Under the pieces are notes generated by a model that had not been told where the DNA came from, ran no database searches, and saw only the letters and a program-made list of their open reading frames with translations. From assembly GCA_023392285.1 (NCBI GenBank), contig JAEVZK010000091.1:5208-69207 (forward strand): 64,000 nucleotides of DNA, read 5' to 3'. The translations under genes were made by a program, and so were the position numbers. Positions 8,634 to 17,153 of the stretch are shown here, in pieces (within the stretch, counting starts at the first letter, position 1; every line of letters begins with the position of its first letter). The stretch comes from Armatimonadota bacterium (GTDB taxonomy: Bacteria; Armatimonadota; Fimbriimonadia; Fimbriimonadales; Fimbriimonadaceae).

Positions 8634-9536
8634 TTACCAGCCGCGGACGGCCATCAGCTCTTTCTCGCCCAAGGAACCGACGCTGATGCCGACCATCGGC
8701 TCACCCAAGTTGCGGCTGATTTCCGCCAGTTTTTTCGCATCCTTGTAGAAGAGAACCGAATCCACAATCGCTTTTGCCCGTTTCGCTGGGTCACCGGACT
8801 TAAAGATGCCGGAACCGACGAACACCGTTTCCGCGCCAAGCTTCATCATAAGGGCGGCGTCGGCGGGGGTGGCGATGCCGCCAGCGGAAAAGTTGGGCAC
8901 GGGCAGTTTGCCCGTCTCGTGGACGACGCGAATAAGGTCGAGCGGTGCTTGATGGTTCTTGGCCAAGACATAAAGCTCATCCTCTCGTGCGTTTTGAACC
9001 GTTCGAATTTCGCGCATGATCGTGCGCATGTGGCGGACTGCTTCGACCACGTCGCCGGTGCCGGCTTCGCCCTTCGTGCGAATCATTGCCGCGCCTTCTG
9101 CGCATCGTCGCAGCGCCTCACCCAAGTTCCTTGCGCCGCAAACGAAGGGAACGGTGAATGCGTGCTTGTCGACGTGGTTTTCCTCGTCGGCCGGAGTCAA
9201 GACTTCACTCTCGTCGACGAAATCCACCTCCAGCGCCTGAAGGATTTCCGCCTCGACAAAGTGACCGATTCGACACTTGGCCATCACCGGAATAGTCACC
9301 ACATCCTTGATTCCCTGGATCATTTCGGGATCGCTCATGCGCGACACGCCGCCCTCTCGGCGAATGTCGGCAGGGACCCGCTCCAAAGCCATGACGGCTA
9401 CCGCGCCGGCATCTTCAGCGATTTTGGCTTGCTCGGGGTTGACGACATCCATGATGACGCCCCCTTTAAGCATTTCCGCGAGACCCACCTTCTCGCGCCA
9501 GGTTTTGTTGACATTGTTCGCGGTCAAATCTTTCAT
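8634..9536 (-). CDS. pdxS: Pyridoxal 5'-phosphate synthase lyase subunit PdxS
   Basis: 300 aa. [42 protein letters not shown] and the rest align by eye with PdxS/SNZ throughout. Confidence 0.95.
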   Translation of the reverse strand: MKDLTANNVNKTWREKVGLAEMLKGGVIMDVVNPEQAKIAEDAGAVAVMALERVPADIRREGGVSRMSDPEMIQGIKDVVTIPVMAKCRIGHFVEAEILQALEVDFVDESEVLTPADEENHVDKHAFTVPFVCGARNLGEALRRCAEGAAMIRTKGEAGTGDVVEAVRHMRTIMREIRTVQNAREDELYVLAKNHQAPLDLIRVVHETGKLPVPNFSAGGIATPADAALMMKLGAETVFVGSGIFKSGDPAKRAKAIVDSVLFYKDAKKLAEISRNLGEPMVGISVGSLGEKELMAVRGW

Positions 9537-9620
9537 CGTGGTCCTAAACTCCCTGTCGGAAACGGCCTTGGGGAATGGGTGAAGTATACCGTTCGTCTAC
9601 CTAATTCGAAGTTGGAATCC

Positions 9621-10061
9621 TTAAAGGCCCATGTCGAATACGCGTTTGAACTCGTCGAGATGCTGGATGATGTAGATGCTCGAAATGATATAGAGAATAG
9701 CCACAATCCATGCGACGATCCGGGCCGTTCCCGCGAGAGGCTCCCGGTTACGCGCGGCCATGGCAGCGTAGTAGAACGCGGGTATTAGGCAAAGGCCGCA
9801 GATGAGCAGCGTAAGGAACGAGTAGATGAGCGAGGTAACGGCATGGCGGGTGGCTGAGCCGACCACCTCTTGGCCACGGGGATATTGGAAGTTCCCAAAC
9901 CCGAGTTCCGGGATCGATACCGCGGGGACACTTTGGCCGGTGCCGTCTTGGATCAACTGGGTGTCCGGGCCAATACGGCCTTCCGCAACCCACGCCCGGA
10001 GGCCGTGAAGGTCCACCGGACCGTACAATACACCGTCAGCGCCTCGAACTAAATATCGCAC
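9621..10061 (-). CDS. GYF_2 (DUF4339)-domain membrane protein
   Basis: 146 aa. N-terminal GVLYGPVDLHGLRAWVAEGRIGPDTQL (GYF-like) followed by two hydrophobic helices. Confidence 0.5.
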   Translation of the reverse strand: MRYLVRGADGVLYGPVDLHGLRAWVAEGRIGPDTQLIQDGTGQSVPAVSIPELGFGNFQYPRGQEVVGSATRHAVTSLIYSFLTLLICGLCLIPAFYYAAMAARNREPLAGTARIVAWIVAILYIISSIYIIQHLDEFKRVFDMGL

Positions 10062-10147
10062 CCATTTGTTATTGTGCCTAAATCCCGCAAATAGATGAGT
10101 GGGGCGTTCCTTGTTGGATAATCAAGGCGGAATCGGCTTAGAACGGT

Positions 10148-10918
10148 ATGAGCATGTTTGACAATATTCGATCGCAGGCACGAAGGCAGGGTGCACCCGC
10201 GACCTACGCGATCATCGGTGTGGCGATTGTGTCGTTCGTGATCAGCTTTTTGCTTCAGGGAGCACGCTCCGATCCGCTCGCGTTTTACTCGAACTGGAGT
10301 CAACCCTGGGGTTTGGCGACCTATCCGTTTTCGCTTAGTGGATTCGGGTTAAGCATCATCGCTTTTTTGTTTGAGCTGTGGTGGTTTTTCTGGGTTGGCA
10401 GCTCTGCGGAGCGTGATCTCGGCACACAGAAGTTTGTCGGCGTCTTTTTCGGCTCAACCGTGCTGGCGGGCATTTTCTTGGGGGTAGGTCTAAATATTCT
10501 CGGGATTGTCGATCGCACGCCGATCATCTTTGGGTTCAGTCTTCCGCTCGCCTTCCTGACCGTTATGTGGGGAGTTCGAAATGCGGGAAGCGTGATCCAG
10601 CTCTACATGATTATTCCGGTGCAAGGGCGGATTCTAGCCTGGCTGACTGCAGCGGTCACTTTGTTTAGCTTCGGAGTCTGGTATCACGCGCCACTCTTGG
10701 GCGTTTTCTCGATCCTTCACCTTGGCGTGGCGGTTCTGTTTGCGACGAACCGGCTGCCCTTCTTCCTTTATCGGCGGCAGCAAGTCGTGGACCGGCAAGC
10801 GCAGAAGAAGCAAGAGATGATGAGCAAAGCCTATTACGACGATGTGAACCGTCGCTCGAAAGAGCGCGAAGAGCGAGAGCGGCTGCGCCGCATGTTTGAA
10901 GACAGCATGGACGAATAG
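10148..10918 (+). CDS. Rhomboid-like polytopic membrane protein (catalytic motifs not evident) with a charged C-terminal tail
   Basis: 256 aa with ~6 hydrophobic segments. SAERDLGTQKFVGVFFGSTVLAGIF occupies the position of the rhomboid E..G....GASG helix, but GxSG is replaced by GST. Confidence 0.45.
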   Translation: MSMFDNIRSQARRQGAPATYAIIGVAIVSFVISFLLQGARSDPLAFYSNWSQPWGLATYPFSLSGFGLSIIAFLFELWWFFWVGSSAERDLGTQKFVGVFFGSTVLAGIFLGVGLNILGIVDRTPIIFGFSLPLAFLTVMWGVRNAGSVIQLYMIIPVQGRILAWLTAAVTLFSFGVWYHAPLLGVFSILHLGVAVLFATNRLPFFLYRRQQVVDRQAQKKQEMMSKAYYDDVNRRSKEREERERLRRMFEDSMDE

Positions 10919-10948
10919 CGCTTGGACGAGCAAACTTAGGTTCAAGTG

Positions 10949-10957
10949 TGGTATAAT
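10949..10957 (+). promoter_or_regulatory. Candidate extended -10 promoter element (TGgTATAAT) for the L25/Ctc gene
   Basis: TGGTATAAT at 10949-10957, ~65 nt upstream of the TTG start. A strong RBS (AAAGGAGG) lies at 11008-11015. Confidence 0.35.
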
Positions 10958-11021
10958 TTTTATCGTCACCCAATAATCCTTAGCAATAACGCTGAGATGA
11001 CCAGCCAAAAGGAGGTTTTGT

Positions 11022-11570
11022 TTGGCGATTCTAAAGGCACAAGCCGCACCTAAAACGGGAACGATGATGGACAGTTCCCGCGTCGTTGCCGATCTGAGGC
11101 ACCGAGACGGCGAACGGCATGAAATCGTGACGCTGTCCGCCGAAAACTTGAAGAAGACTCTCGAGGACAACAAGGGCCTCGGCATTTTGGATGTGCAGCT
11201 TCCAGAAGATGCGGAGCCTCGCAAGTGCATCATCAACAAATTCGTTCGCAAGAAGAACGGACAAGGTTTGGCGCACCTCGTCCTGAAGGAAGTTAGCGAC
11301 ACAGACCGGATTCGCTCCCGCGTGCCGATCGTTGCGATTGGCCAACTGGCGGAATCAGCTTCCAAGGGAACCGTGCTAATCCAGAAGCTCCGTGCGCTGG
11401 AGCTGAAGGGCCCGGTTGGCTCGATGGATCACCCCATTCATGTCAATGTCAGCCGTATGCAGAAGAACGATGTTATTCTCGCAAAGGACATCGAACTGCC
11501 GGAGGGTGTGGAGCTAAACTGCGACCCGGAGACTGAAGTCCTTCGTCTGCGTCCAGTCGCGACATCCTAA
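11022..11570 (+). CDS. rplY: 50S ribosomal protein L25 / general stress protein Ctc
   Basis: 182 aa, TTG start with a strong RBS. C-terminal pattern IHVNVSRMQKNDVILAKDIELPEGVELNCDPETEV matches the L25/Ctc 'vDvs.l..gd.i...di.lp.gv.l' signature. Confidence 0.6.
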   Translation: MAILKAQAAPKTGTMMDSSRVVADLRHRDGERHEIVTLSAENLKKTLEDNKGLGILDVQLPEDAEPRKCIINKFVRKKNGQGLAHLVLKEVSDTDRIRSRVPIVAIGQLAESASKGTVLIQKLRALELKGPVGSMDHPIHVNVSRMQKNDVILAKDIELPEGVELNCDPETEVLRLRPVATS

Positions 11571-11698
11571 GAAGAAATCAGTTGAGGGCCTTAGCGGGCG
11601 TTCTCTCGAAAGAGAGGGCGTCCGTTTTGTTTTTCGCGAAGGCCGTGCTTGAGAAGCGAAAGGTCCCTCTTAATCGGGGCTGCGCCTTATACTAAGGC

Positions 11699-13786
11699 AT
11701 GTTCATCTTCGCCGCTCCGCTGTCGCTTCAAATTCAACTGCCAAAGACAGTTAGCTTCGAAAGCAGAGCTTGTCCGCTTTCTCAAGCCTTGGATGGTCTG
11801 TCCTCAAAGACCTCCCTGTCGCTTGGTGCGGCGGATGAACTGGGCAGGCAGATCTGCCTCATCAATCTGCATGAAGCGCCGACCGAAGCGGCACTCGATC
11901 GCATTGCTCTGGTGTTTGCGGCCCGATGGGACAAGGATGGAAGTCGCTGGAAGTTGATTCCGAATCCGGTTGCGCTCAAGGAAAAGAGAGAACGGACGAA
12001 GCAGCAGCGACTCGCTGCATTCACGGCAGCCATGAAGCCAATTCTGGATCGAGGCACGCCCAAGTTCGACCAAGCGGCGGCTTCCGCGCTTCTGCATGCA
12101 GTCGTCGCACAGAGGCAGTTGATCAAAGACAATCCGCGGGACGTTGCCGCAAACAAGAACTTCGCGGCGCTCCAAACGCAGTCGCCATACGGGAGGCTGC
12201 TGACGAAGCTGCTGAAAACAATTTCTCCGTCGACTTTGGCAGAGATCCCAAGCAATTCTCGGACGGTCTTCAGCTTACACCCGACGAAGCGTCAGTTGCC
12301 GTTCGGTCCAGGAGCGGCTGATGCCATGAAGGAATTCCTAGTCGAGCAGCGGCTCTGGTCCGAGCAAGTCTCACAGGTAAAGCTCGATCCCGATGATTCG
12401 ATGACGGTGAGCGATCCCCTTTCTCAGGGAGGTGAGTTTGAAGACGATCCGAAGAATATCGATGTCGTGGTCACCAATTGGCGTCCCGATAGCTTCAACT
12501 GTAATCTGAGATCAACGGCACCTTACGGCTTCCGAGTCATGACGCAGCTTTCGGTGCAGTCTCCTGCAGTAACCGCAGCATATGAAAATCTCTATTCGGG
12601 GGACAAGAACCCTGGAAAAAAGATATCTCCTTCACCTGAGAGTGCCATCTTGCAGAATCTGCTCAGCTCTCGATTTGGCGATTCCTCGAAGCTGGATGCG
12701 ATCGATGACCGTGCGAAAACCTTTCTGCTCGACCCTGTTAAATACGATCCGCTCTCGTTCTATGCAACGGATGCGGTGCTAGCGTTGGCCGAGCCAAAGG
12801 CAGAAAACATTATCGCTTGGATGCCCGATGAATTGTTTGCCTCCACCATCATCTCGAAGGAAGGTCTGACTGCCGAGGGCGTACGCCAGCTCTTAGGCTC
12901 GGTCTGCTATTCCGACATTAGCGAAGGCGACGGATGGCTGACAATTACTCCTCGCGATCCGGATCGAACGATGAGAAACTTAGAGCCGCGGGAAGCGCTG
13001 AGAACCGTCTGCCGGGCGATCGATGCGAAGGGTGGACTCCGCTTGATTGACTTCGCCCAATATGCGGCGCAAGTCGATCACGGAGCTTATGACGGCTTAG
13101 GAGTGGGCTACATCTTCACGCTCGATCCGGCCGCGGGCAGCGTGATGGACGGCAGCGATTGGGACGTTCTTCGCCTTTACGGCTCACTTTCGGCGCAGCA
13201 GAGGCAAACCTTGGCGGCGGGGCAGAACATCGCCTTCTCCTCGCTCTCATCGCGGCAAAAGACGCTCGTAGACATCCTCAGCTTTAGGAGAGAAATCAGT
13301 AACTCCTCTACCACTTCGGATCACTCGTATACGATCAATCAGCCTCAGCAGGAGCCCACCGTCGTTCTCCAAAATGGCGTACCAGCCGACGGCTTCCTTT
13401 CGATGGCCACTGATCATCAAGACCTTCTCTTCGCCTACAGCAAGGATGCCAGCGGCAAGCTCGTTCCAAGTCGATCCGTCAATGAAGAGACGATTGCGAT
13501 GTTCGAGGATCTCAAGGCGCATCCAGACGGCAATCCGATGCGGGGCCAGCTCGAGATGGTGGCTTTCCAAGTTGGAACGCAAGATTTACATCGAATTCGG
13601 CTCAATTACTTTCCGAAGACTTGGAATGAATACCGCATGATCGAGAACGTTCCGCCAGACAAGGGACCGGTGCCATGGACTCAGCTGGACGCATCGAGAG
13701 TCTCCAAAATCAAGGAATCCCTGAAGCGGCGGGAAGAGCAGCGAAACAAGGGCGATCAGACGTCTCCGCCGCCACCGGCTCGATAG
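11699..13786 (+). CDS. Hypothetical 695-aa protein
   Basis: Long ORF with ordinary amino-acid composition and no motif I recognise. It is separated from the CIS operon by a 298-bp AT-richer gap. Confidence 0.5.
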   Translation: MFIFAAPLSLQIQLPKTVSFESRACPLSQALDGLSSKTSLSLGAADELGRQICLINLHEAPTEAALDRIALVFAARWDKDGSRWKLIPNPVALKEKRERTKQQRLAAFTAAMKPILDRGTPKFDQAAASALLHAVVAQRQLIKDNPRDVAANKNFAALQTQSPYGRLLTKLLKTISPSTLAEIPSNSRTVFSLHPTKRQLPFGPGAADAMKEFLVEQRLWSEQVSQVKLDPDDSMTVSDPLSQGGEFEDDPKNIDVVVTNWRPDSFNCNLRSTAPYGFRVMTQLSVQSPAVTAAYENLYSGDKNPGKKISPSPESAILQNLLSSRFGDSSKLDAIDDRAKTFLLDPVKYDPLSFYATDAVLALAEPKAENIIAWMPDELFASTIISKEGLTAEGVRQLLGSVCYSDISEGDGWLTITPRDPDRTMRNLEPREALRTVCRAIDAKGGLRLIDFAQYAAQVDHGAYDGLGVGYIFTLDPAAGSVMDGSDWDVLRLYGSLSAQQRQTLAAGQNIAFSSLSSRQKTLVDILSFRREISNSSTTSDHSYTINQPQQEPTVVLQNGVPADGFLSMATDHQDLLFAYSKDASGKLVPSRSVNEETIAMFEDLKAHPDGNPMRGQLEMVAFQVGTQDLHRIRLNYFPKTWNEYRMIENVPPDKGPVPWTQLDASRVSKIKESLKRREEQRNKGDQTSPPPPAR

Positions 13787-14084
13787 TGTCGAAAGCCCTA
13801 CTCTTGCGGTGTTGTGGATAAATTTGCAAAAGCTGTAAAGTTTGGCAAGTAGCTCGGGTTAAAGTAAATCCGAAAGTCGGTCTTTTCCTGTCAAAACCTG
13901 TACATTTCGAAACTCTCGCTGTCGAGTGTTACGGCCTTTTGCACCTTCACCTAAACATCTCGCAAAATCATTGCGGATTTCCTATTAAGATTTCGCATTT
14001 TTAACGATTCTCTTGTGCTATCGTAACTTTAGCCGAGTCAGGGAATCGACAGAAGATCGACCGGCATTTTGAGGAGGGACATAG

Positions 14085-15935
14085 ATGCCTGAATATTTAG
14101 CACCGGGCGTATTTGTCGAGGAAATTGACAGTGGAAGCAAGCCGATTGAAGGCGTTGGCGTTAACACTGCGGCTTTCATCGGCTATGCGAAGAGCGGTGA
14201 GTTTAACAAACCAACATTCATTAGTAACTGGGGCGATTTCTGCAGAATCTTCGGCGAAGACGACGACATCGTTCTTAACGCACTGAGCGACGAACTCGGT
14301 AAGAGCACGGTCGAGCTTCTTTCTGCGAAGAGGGCTTCTCGCAAGAGCTTGCTCGATTTCGCCCAGAGCGCGGTCGTGAAGGCAGCTCACGATCGAAAGG
14401 CAGCGGGAACGAAGGACAACTCGAAGTCGGGCTCTTGGTCGGACTTCGTGAAGAAGTACAACATTCCGCTTGCTTCTTCTCCGTACATGGAGGACAGCTA
14501 CCTCGCTTACGCGGTGCGCGGCTATTACGATAACGGCGGCGGACGCGCTTACATTATCCGAGTCGCTCGCGAGCAGGATCTGGCTACGTTCAAGAAGAGC
14601 GTTGCCTCGGCTCCGACTCCGGCAACTGCGTCGACGCTGTCCCTGGGCGGATACTCGTTCAAGGCTCTTGAGGCGGGCGCGGGCGGCAATGCCACCAAGG
14701 TCGAAATTCGACACGAAGGCGAAGATGGCTTCACCATGAAGATCACGGGATCGGACGGTAAGACTGAGACCTTCGGCGATAAGAAGCCGTTGACTCCCGG
14801 CAACGTCAAGAACGAAGTCAAGTCCAAGATCGTGGATTTCTCCACGGCTACCGAAACGGCCACTCGGCCCGATGCTGGCGTGTTCAATCTCGTCGGCGGT
14901 GCGGAAGCCACATCGGCGAATGCTCTTGCGAGCCTCCCGCTCAATACGGAGTTGGCCAAGGTAGACGCCGAGGACTTCGTCGGAGACGAAGCGAAGCGAA
15001 GCGGCCTGTCCGCTCTCTCGCTGATCGATGACGTCAACATGATCTCGATTCCCGACCTGATGGCAGGTTGCTGGAAGAAGGAAGCGCTCATCGGTTCCGA
15101 TGCAGTGGTCGAAGTGCTCAACGTTGATGAGAAGCGCAAGCAGCAGATCCTCGACGTGCAGTCGATGCTGATCAGCTACTGCGAGCGAATGGGCGACCGA
15201 ATGTGCATTCTCGACCCAATTCCTGGTTTGAATCCGCAGGAAATGCGCGACACCACCTTGGCCGCTCCTTTCAGCAGCGACCACGGCCAAGCGGCAATTT
15301 ACTATCCGTGGATCAAGGTCATGGACAAGCTCAATCCGCTTAGCAAGCGACAGATCTTCTGCCCGCCCAGCGGACACATTTCTGGCGTTTGGGCGCGAGT
15401 TGGCACCGAGCGCGGAGTTCACAAGGCTCCGGCGAACGAGTCGCTGATGGGCGCTGTCGCTCTCGAGCAGGACATCACCAAGGGTGAGCAGGAAATCCTG
15501 AACCCGAACGGCATCAACTGCATCCGATCCTTCCCTGGCACAGGCATCCGTGTCTGGGGTGCTCGCACCCTCGCGACGGTCGGTAATCCGAGCTGGAAGT
15601 ACGTCAACGTTCGCCGACTCTTCAATTACCTTGAGAAGTCGATGGAGCGCGGACTGCAGTGGGTGGTTTTCGAACCGAACGATCCCGATCTGTGGGGTCG
15701 CGTTCGACGCAACCTTTCGGCATTCCTTTGGATGGAGTGGAAGGAAGGCAAGCTCTTTGGCACGACCGCCGACGAGGCGTTCTATGTCAAGTGCGACGCT
15801 GAGACCAACACTCAGGAAAGCATCGATCTCGGTCGACTCTATGTCGAAATTGGAGTCAATCCGGTCAAGCCGGCAGAGTTCGTCATCGTCCGCATCGGCC
15901 AGTGGTCTGGCGGCGGCGACCGACAGGAAGCCTAA
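14085..15935 (+). CDS. Contractile tail sheath protein (Afp2-4/Pvc2-4-like)
   Basis: 616 aa. N-terminus MPEYLAPGVFVEEIDSGSKPIEGVGVNTAAFIGYA. C-terminus GVHKAPANE...INCIRSFPGTGIRVWGARTL...WKYVNVRRLFNYLEKS...FEPND..LW. These are hallmark phage/CIS sheath motifs. RBS GGAGG is upstream. Confidence 0.95.
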   Translation: MPEYLAPGVFVEEIDSGSKPIEGVGVNTAAFIGYAKSGEFNKPTFISNWGDFCRIFGEDDDIVLNALSDELGKSTVELLSAKRASRKSLLDFAQSAVVKAAHDRKAAGTKDNSKSGSWSDFVKKYNIPLASSPYMEDSYLAYAVRGYYDNGGGRAYIIRVAREQDLATFKKSVASAPTPATASTLSLGGYSFKALEAGAGGNATKVEIRHEGEDGFTMKITGSDGKTETFGDKKPLTPGNVKNEVKSKIVDFSTATETATRPDAGVFNLVGGAEATSANALASLPLNTELAKVDAEDFVGDEAKRSGLSALSLIDDVNMISIPDLMAGCWKKEALIGSDAVVEVLNVDEKRKQQILDVQSMLISYCERMGDRMCILDPIPGLNPQEMRDTTLAAPFSSDHGQAAIYYPWIKVMDKLNPLSKRQIFCPPSGHISGVWARVGTERGVHKAPANESLMGAVALEQDITKGEQEILNPNGINCIRSFPGTGIRVWGARTLATVGNPSWKYVNVRRLFNYLEKSMERGLQWVVFEPNDPDLWGRVRRNLSAFLWMEWKEGKLFGTTADEAFYVKCDAETNTQESIDLGRLYVEIGVNPVKPAEFVIVRIGQWSGGGDRQEA

Positions 15936-15944
15936 GAAGCACTA

Positions 15945-15978
15945 GCTATAGGTCTTATCAAGTGTTAAGGCCTATAGC
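15945..15978 (+). other. Intercistronic hairpin between the sheath and tube genes
   Basis: GCTATAGG (15945-15952) pairs with CCTATAGC (15971-15978) around an 18-nt loop. There is no U-tract. Confidence 0.3.
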
Positions 15979-16009
15979 GAATCAAGAGAATTACGGAGAA
16001 ATATAAGCA

Positions 16010-16444
16010 ATGGCAGAAGGCGTAGCAGCCCTTAGGTGGTACCTCGAGATCGACGGTATCACAGAAGGCGTTTTTAGAGAGGTCACCGGATTGGATTCGG
16101 AGACCGAAGTCGTCGAGCATCGAGTCACTGGAAAGAACGGCAACCTGATCGTTCATAAGGTGCCCGGCGCTCTCAAGTGGTCGAACATCGTGCTTCGGCG
16201 CGGTCTCACCGACGATCAGAAGCTCCACCAGTGGCGCGACAAGATCGAGAAGGGTCAGATCGAATCGAACCGAAAGAACGGCTCCATCACCCTGTATTCG
16301 CCAGACCAGAAGGTCGTCTGCAAGTACACGTTTAAGAATGCGTGGCCTTGCAAGTTCAAGGGTCCGGCTCTCGATGCTGCGAAGAATGAAATCGCGATCG
16401 AAGAGCTCGAGCTCGCGCACGAAGGTCTCGAGCGACAGCAGTAA
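16010..16444 (+). CDS. Tail tube protein (T4 gp19-like; Afp1/Pvc1-like)
   Basis: 144 aa. WYLEIDGITEGVFREVTGLDSETEVVEHR...VHKVPGALKWSNIVLRRGLTDD...LHQWR is the typical 'conserved phage tail region' tube pattern. Confidence 0.9.
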   Translation: MAEGVAALRWYLEIDGITEGVFREVTGLDSETEVVEHRVTGKNGNLIVHKVPGALKWSNIVLRRGLTDDQKLHQWRDKIEKGQIESNRKNGSITLYSPDQKVVCKYTFKNAWPCKFKGPALDAAKNEIAIEELELAHEGLERQQ

Positions 16445-16463
16445 GGGGAAAGAGGTGTTGAGG

Positions 16464-16516
16464 GTTGAGTGTCCAGCATTGAGGAGCCGCGGGGCTCACC
16501 AGGCTTAACACTCAAC
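16464..16516 (+). other. Nested stem-loop between the tube and chaperone-like genes
   Basis: Outer stem GTTGAGTGT (16464-16472) / ACACTCAAC (16508-16516). Inner GC stem GAGCC-gcgg-GGCTC (16484-16497). No U-tract. Confidence 0.3.
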
Positions 16517-16538
16517 GATCAATACCTCAAGGAATTAT

Positions 16539-16898
16539 ATGGCACGAAAATCACCGGGTGGACTTCAAACCGAGTTTGAATTCACCCTGCCTCGCGGTTA
16601 CGTCGATCCGGAAGGCGTGCTCCACAAAAAGGGGCGCATGCGGCTGGCAACGGCGATGGATGAGATTGCTCCTCTGCGCGATCCTCGCGTAAGGGCAAAC
16701 CAGGCTTACCTGGTGATCATCCTTCTCGCCCGAGTCATCACGCAGCTCGGAACGGTCGACGTGATCGACACCGGGGTCATCGAAAATCTCTTTTCTGCCG
16801 ACCTGGCGTTTCTTCAGGACCTTTACCGCAAGATCAACGAGCTTGATCCAGAGGCGGAGATGGAACATGAGGAACAGCCGGCGATGGTGGGGGAATAG
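16539..16898 (+). CDS. Tail-assembly-chaperone-like protein (position equivalent to P2 gpE / lambda gpG)
   Basis: 119 aa, acidic C-terminus, immediately downstream of the tube gene. It ends ...ATG GTG GGG GAA TAG, with a G5 run just before the stop. The call rests mainly on synteny. Confidence 0.5.
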   Translation: MARKSPGGLQTEFEFTLPRGYVDPEGVLHKKGRMRLATAMDEIAPLRDPRVRANQAYLVIILLARVITQLGTVDVIDTGVIENLFSADLAFLQDLYRKINELDPEAEMEHEEQPAMVGE

Positions 16899-16918
16899 CC
16901 CGCTACCCCTCAGACGCC

Positions 16919-17056
16919 TTGTATGAGGAGGTAGCGTACATTGCCTACCATTTCCACTGGTCGATGGATGACATCCTTGCGATGGAACATCGAGAGCGGC
17001 ACAAGTGGGTCGAGCAGATTAGCAAGATCAATCGTCGTTTGAGCGGCGGAAGCTAA
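16919..17056 (+). CDS. DUF6760-like small ORF, possibly expressed as a -1 frameshift extension of 16539..16898
   Basis: The frame -1 relative to the upstream gene is open from 16871 to TAA 17054-17056. It reads GGGIARYPSDALYEEVAYIAYHFHWSMDDILAMEHRERHKWVEQISKINRRLSGGS. The only canonical in-frame start is TTG 16919, which would cut off the conserved-looking YPSDAL. It is not in the ORF track. Confidence 0.5.
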   Translation: MYEEVAYIAYHFHWSMDDILAMEHRERHKWVEQISKINRRLSGGS

Positions 17057-17153
17057 GGCTCCGGCTCGACCGGGAGTTCTGTTTGGAATCGTCTTTTGTG
17101 GCAGATTTTAAGCGGAACTCCCAATAACGTTTTTAAGACTTTTAGCTCCCAAA

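Noticed and set aside
6803-9788. Plus-strand ORFs 6803..8131 (442 aa) and 8535..9788 (417 aa)
   Set aside because: They are antisense to the unambiguous sdhA-like and pdxS genes. They are shadow ORFs.
13813-13821. Perfect DnaA-box 9-mer TGTGGATAA upstream of the CIS operon
   Set aside because: A given 9-mer on either strand is expected about 0.5 times by chance in 64 kb (2 x 64000 / 262144). A single isolated box is not evidence of DnaA regulation.
14097-15422. 441-aa minus-strand ORF antisense to the sheath gene
   Set aside because: It lies fully inside a high-confidence CDS, has an Arg/Ser/Ala-rich shadow-ORF composition and shows no motifs.
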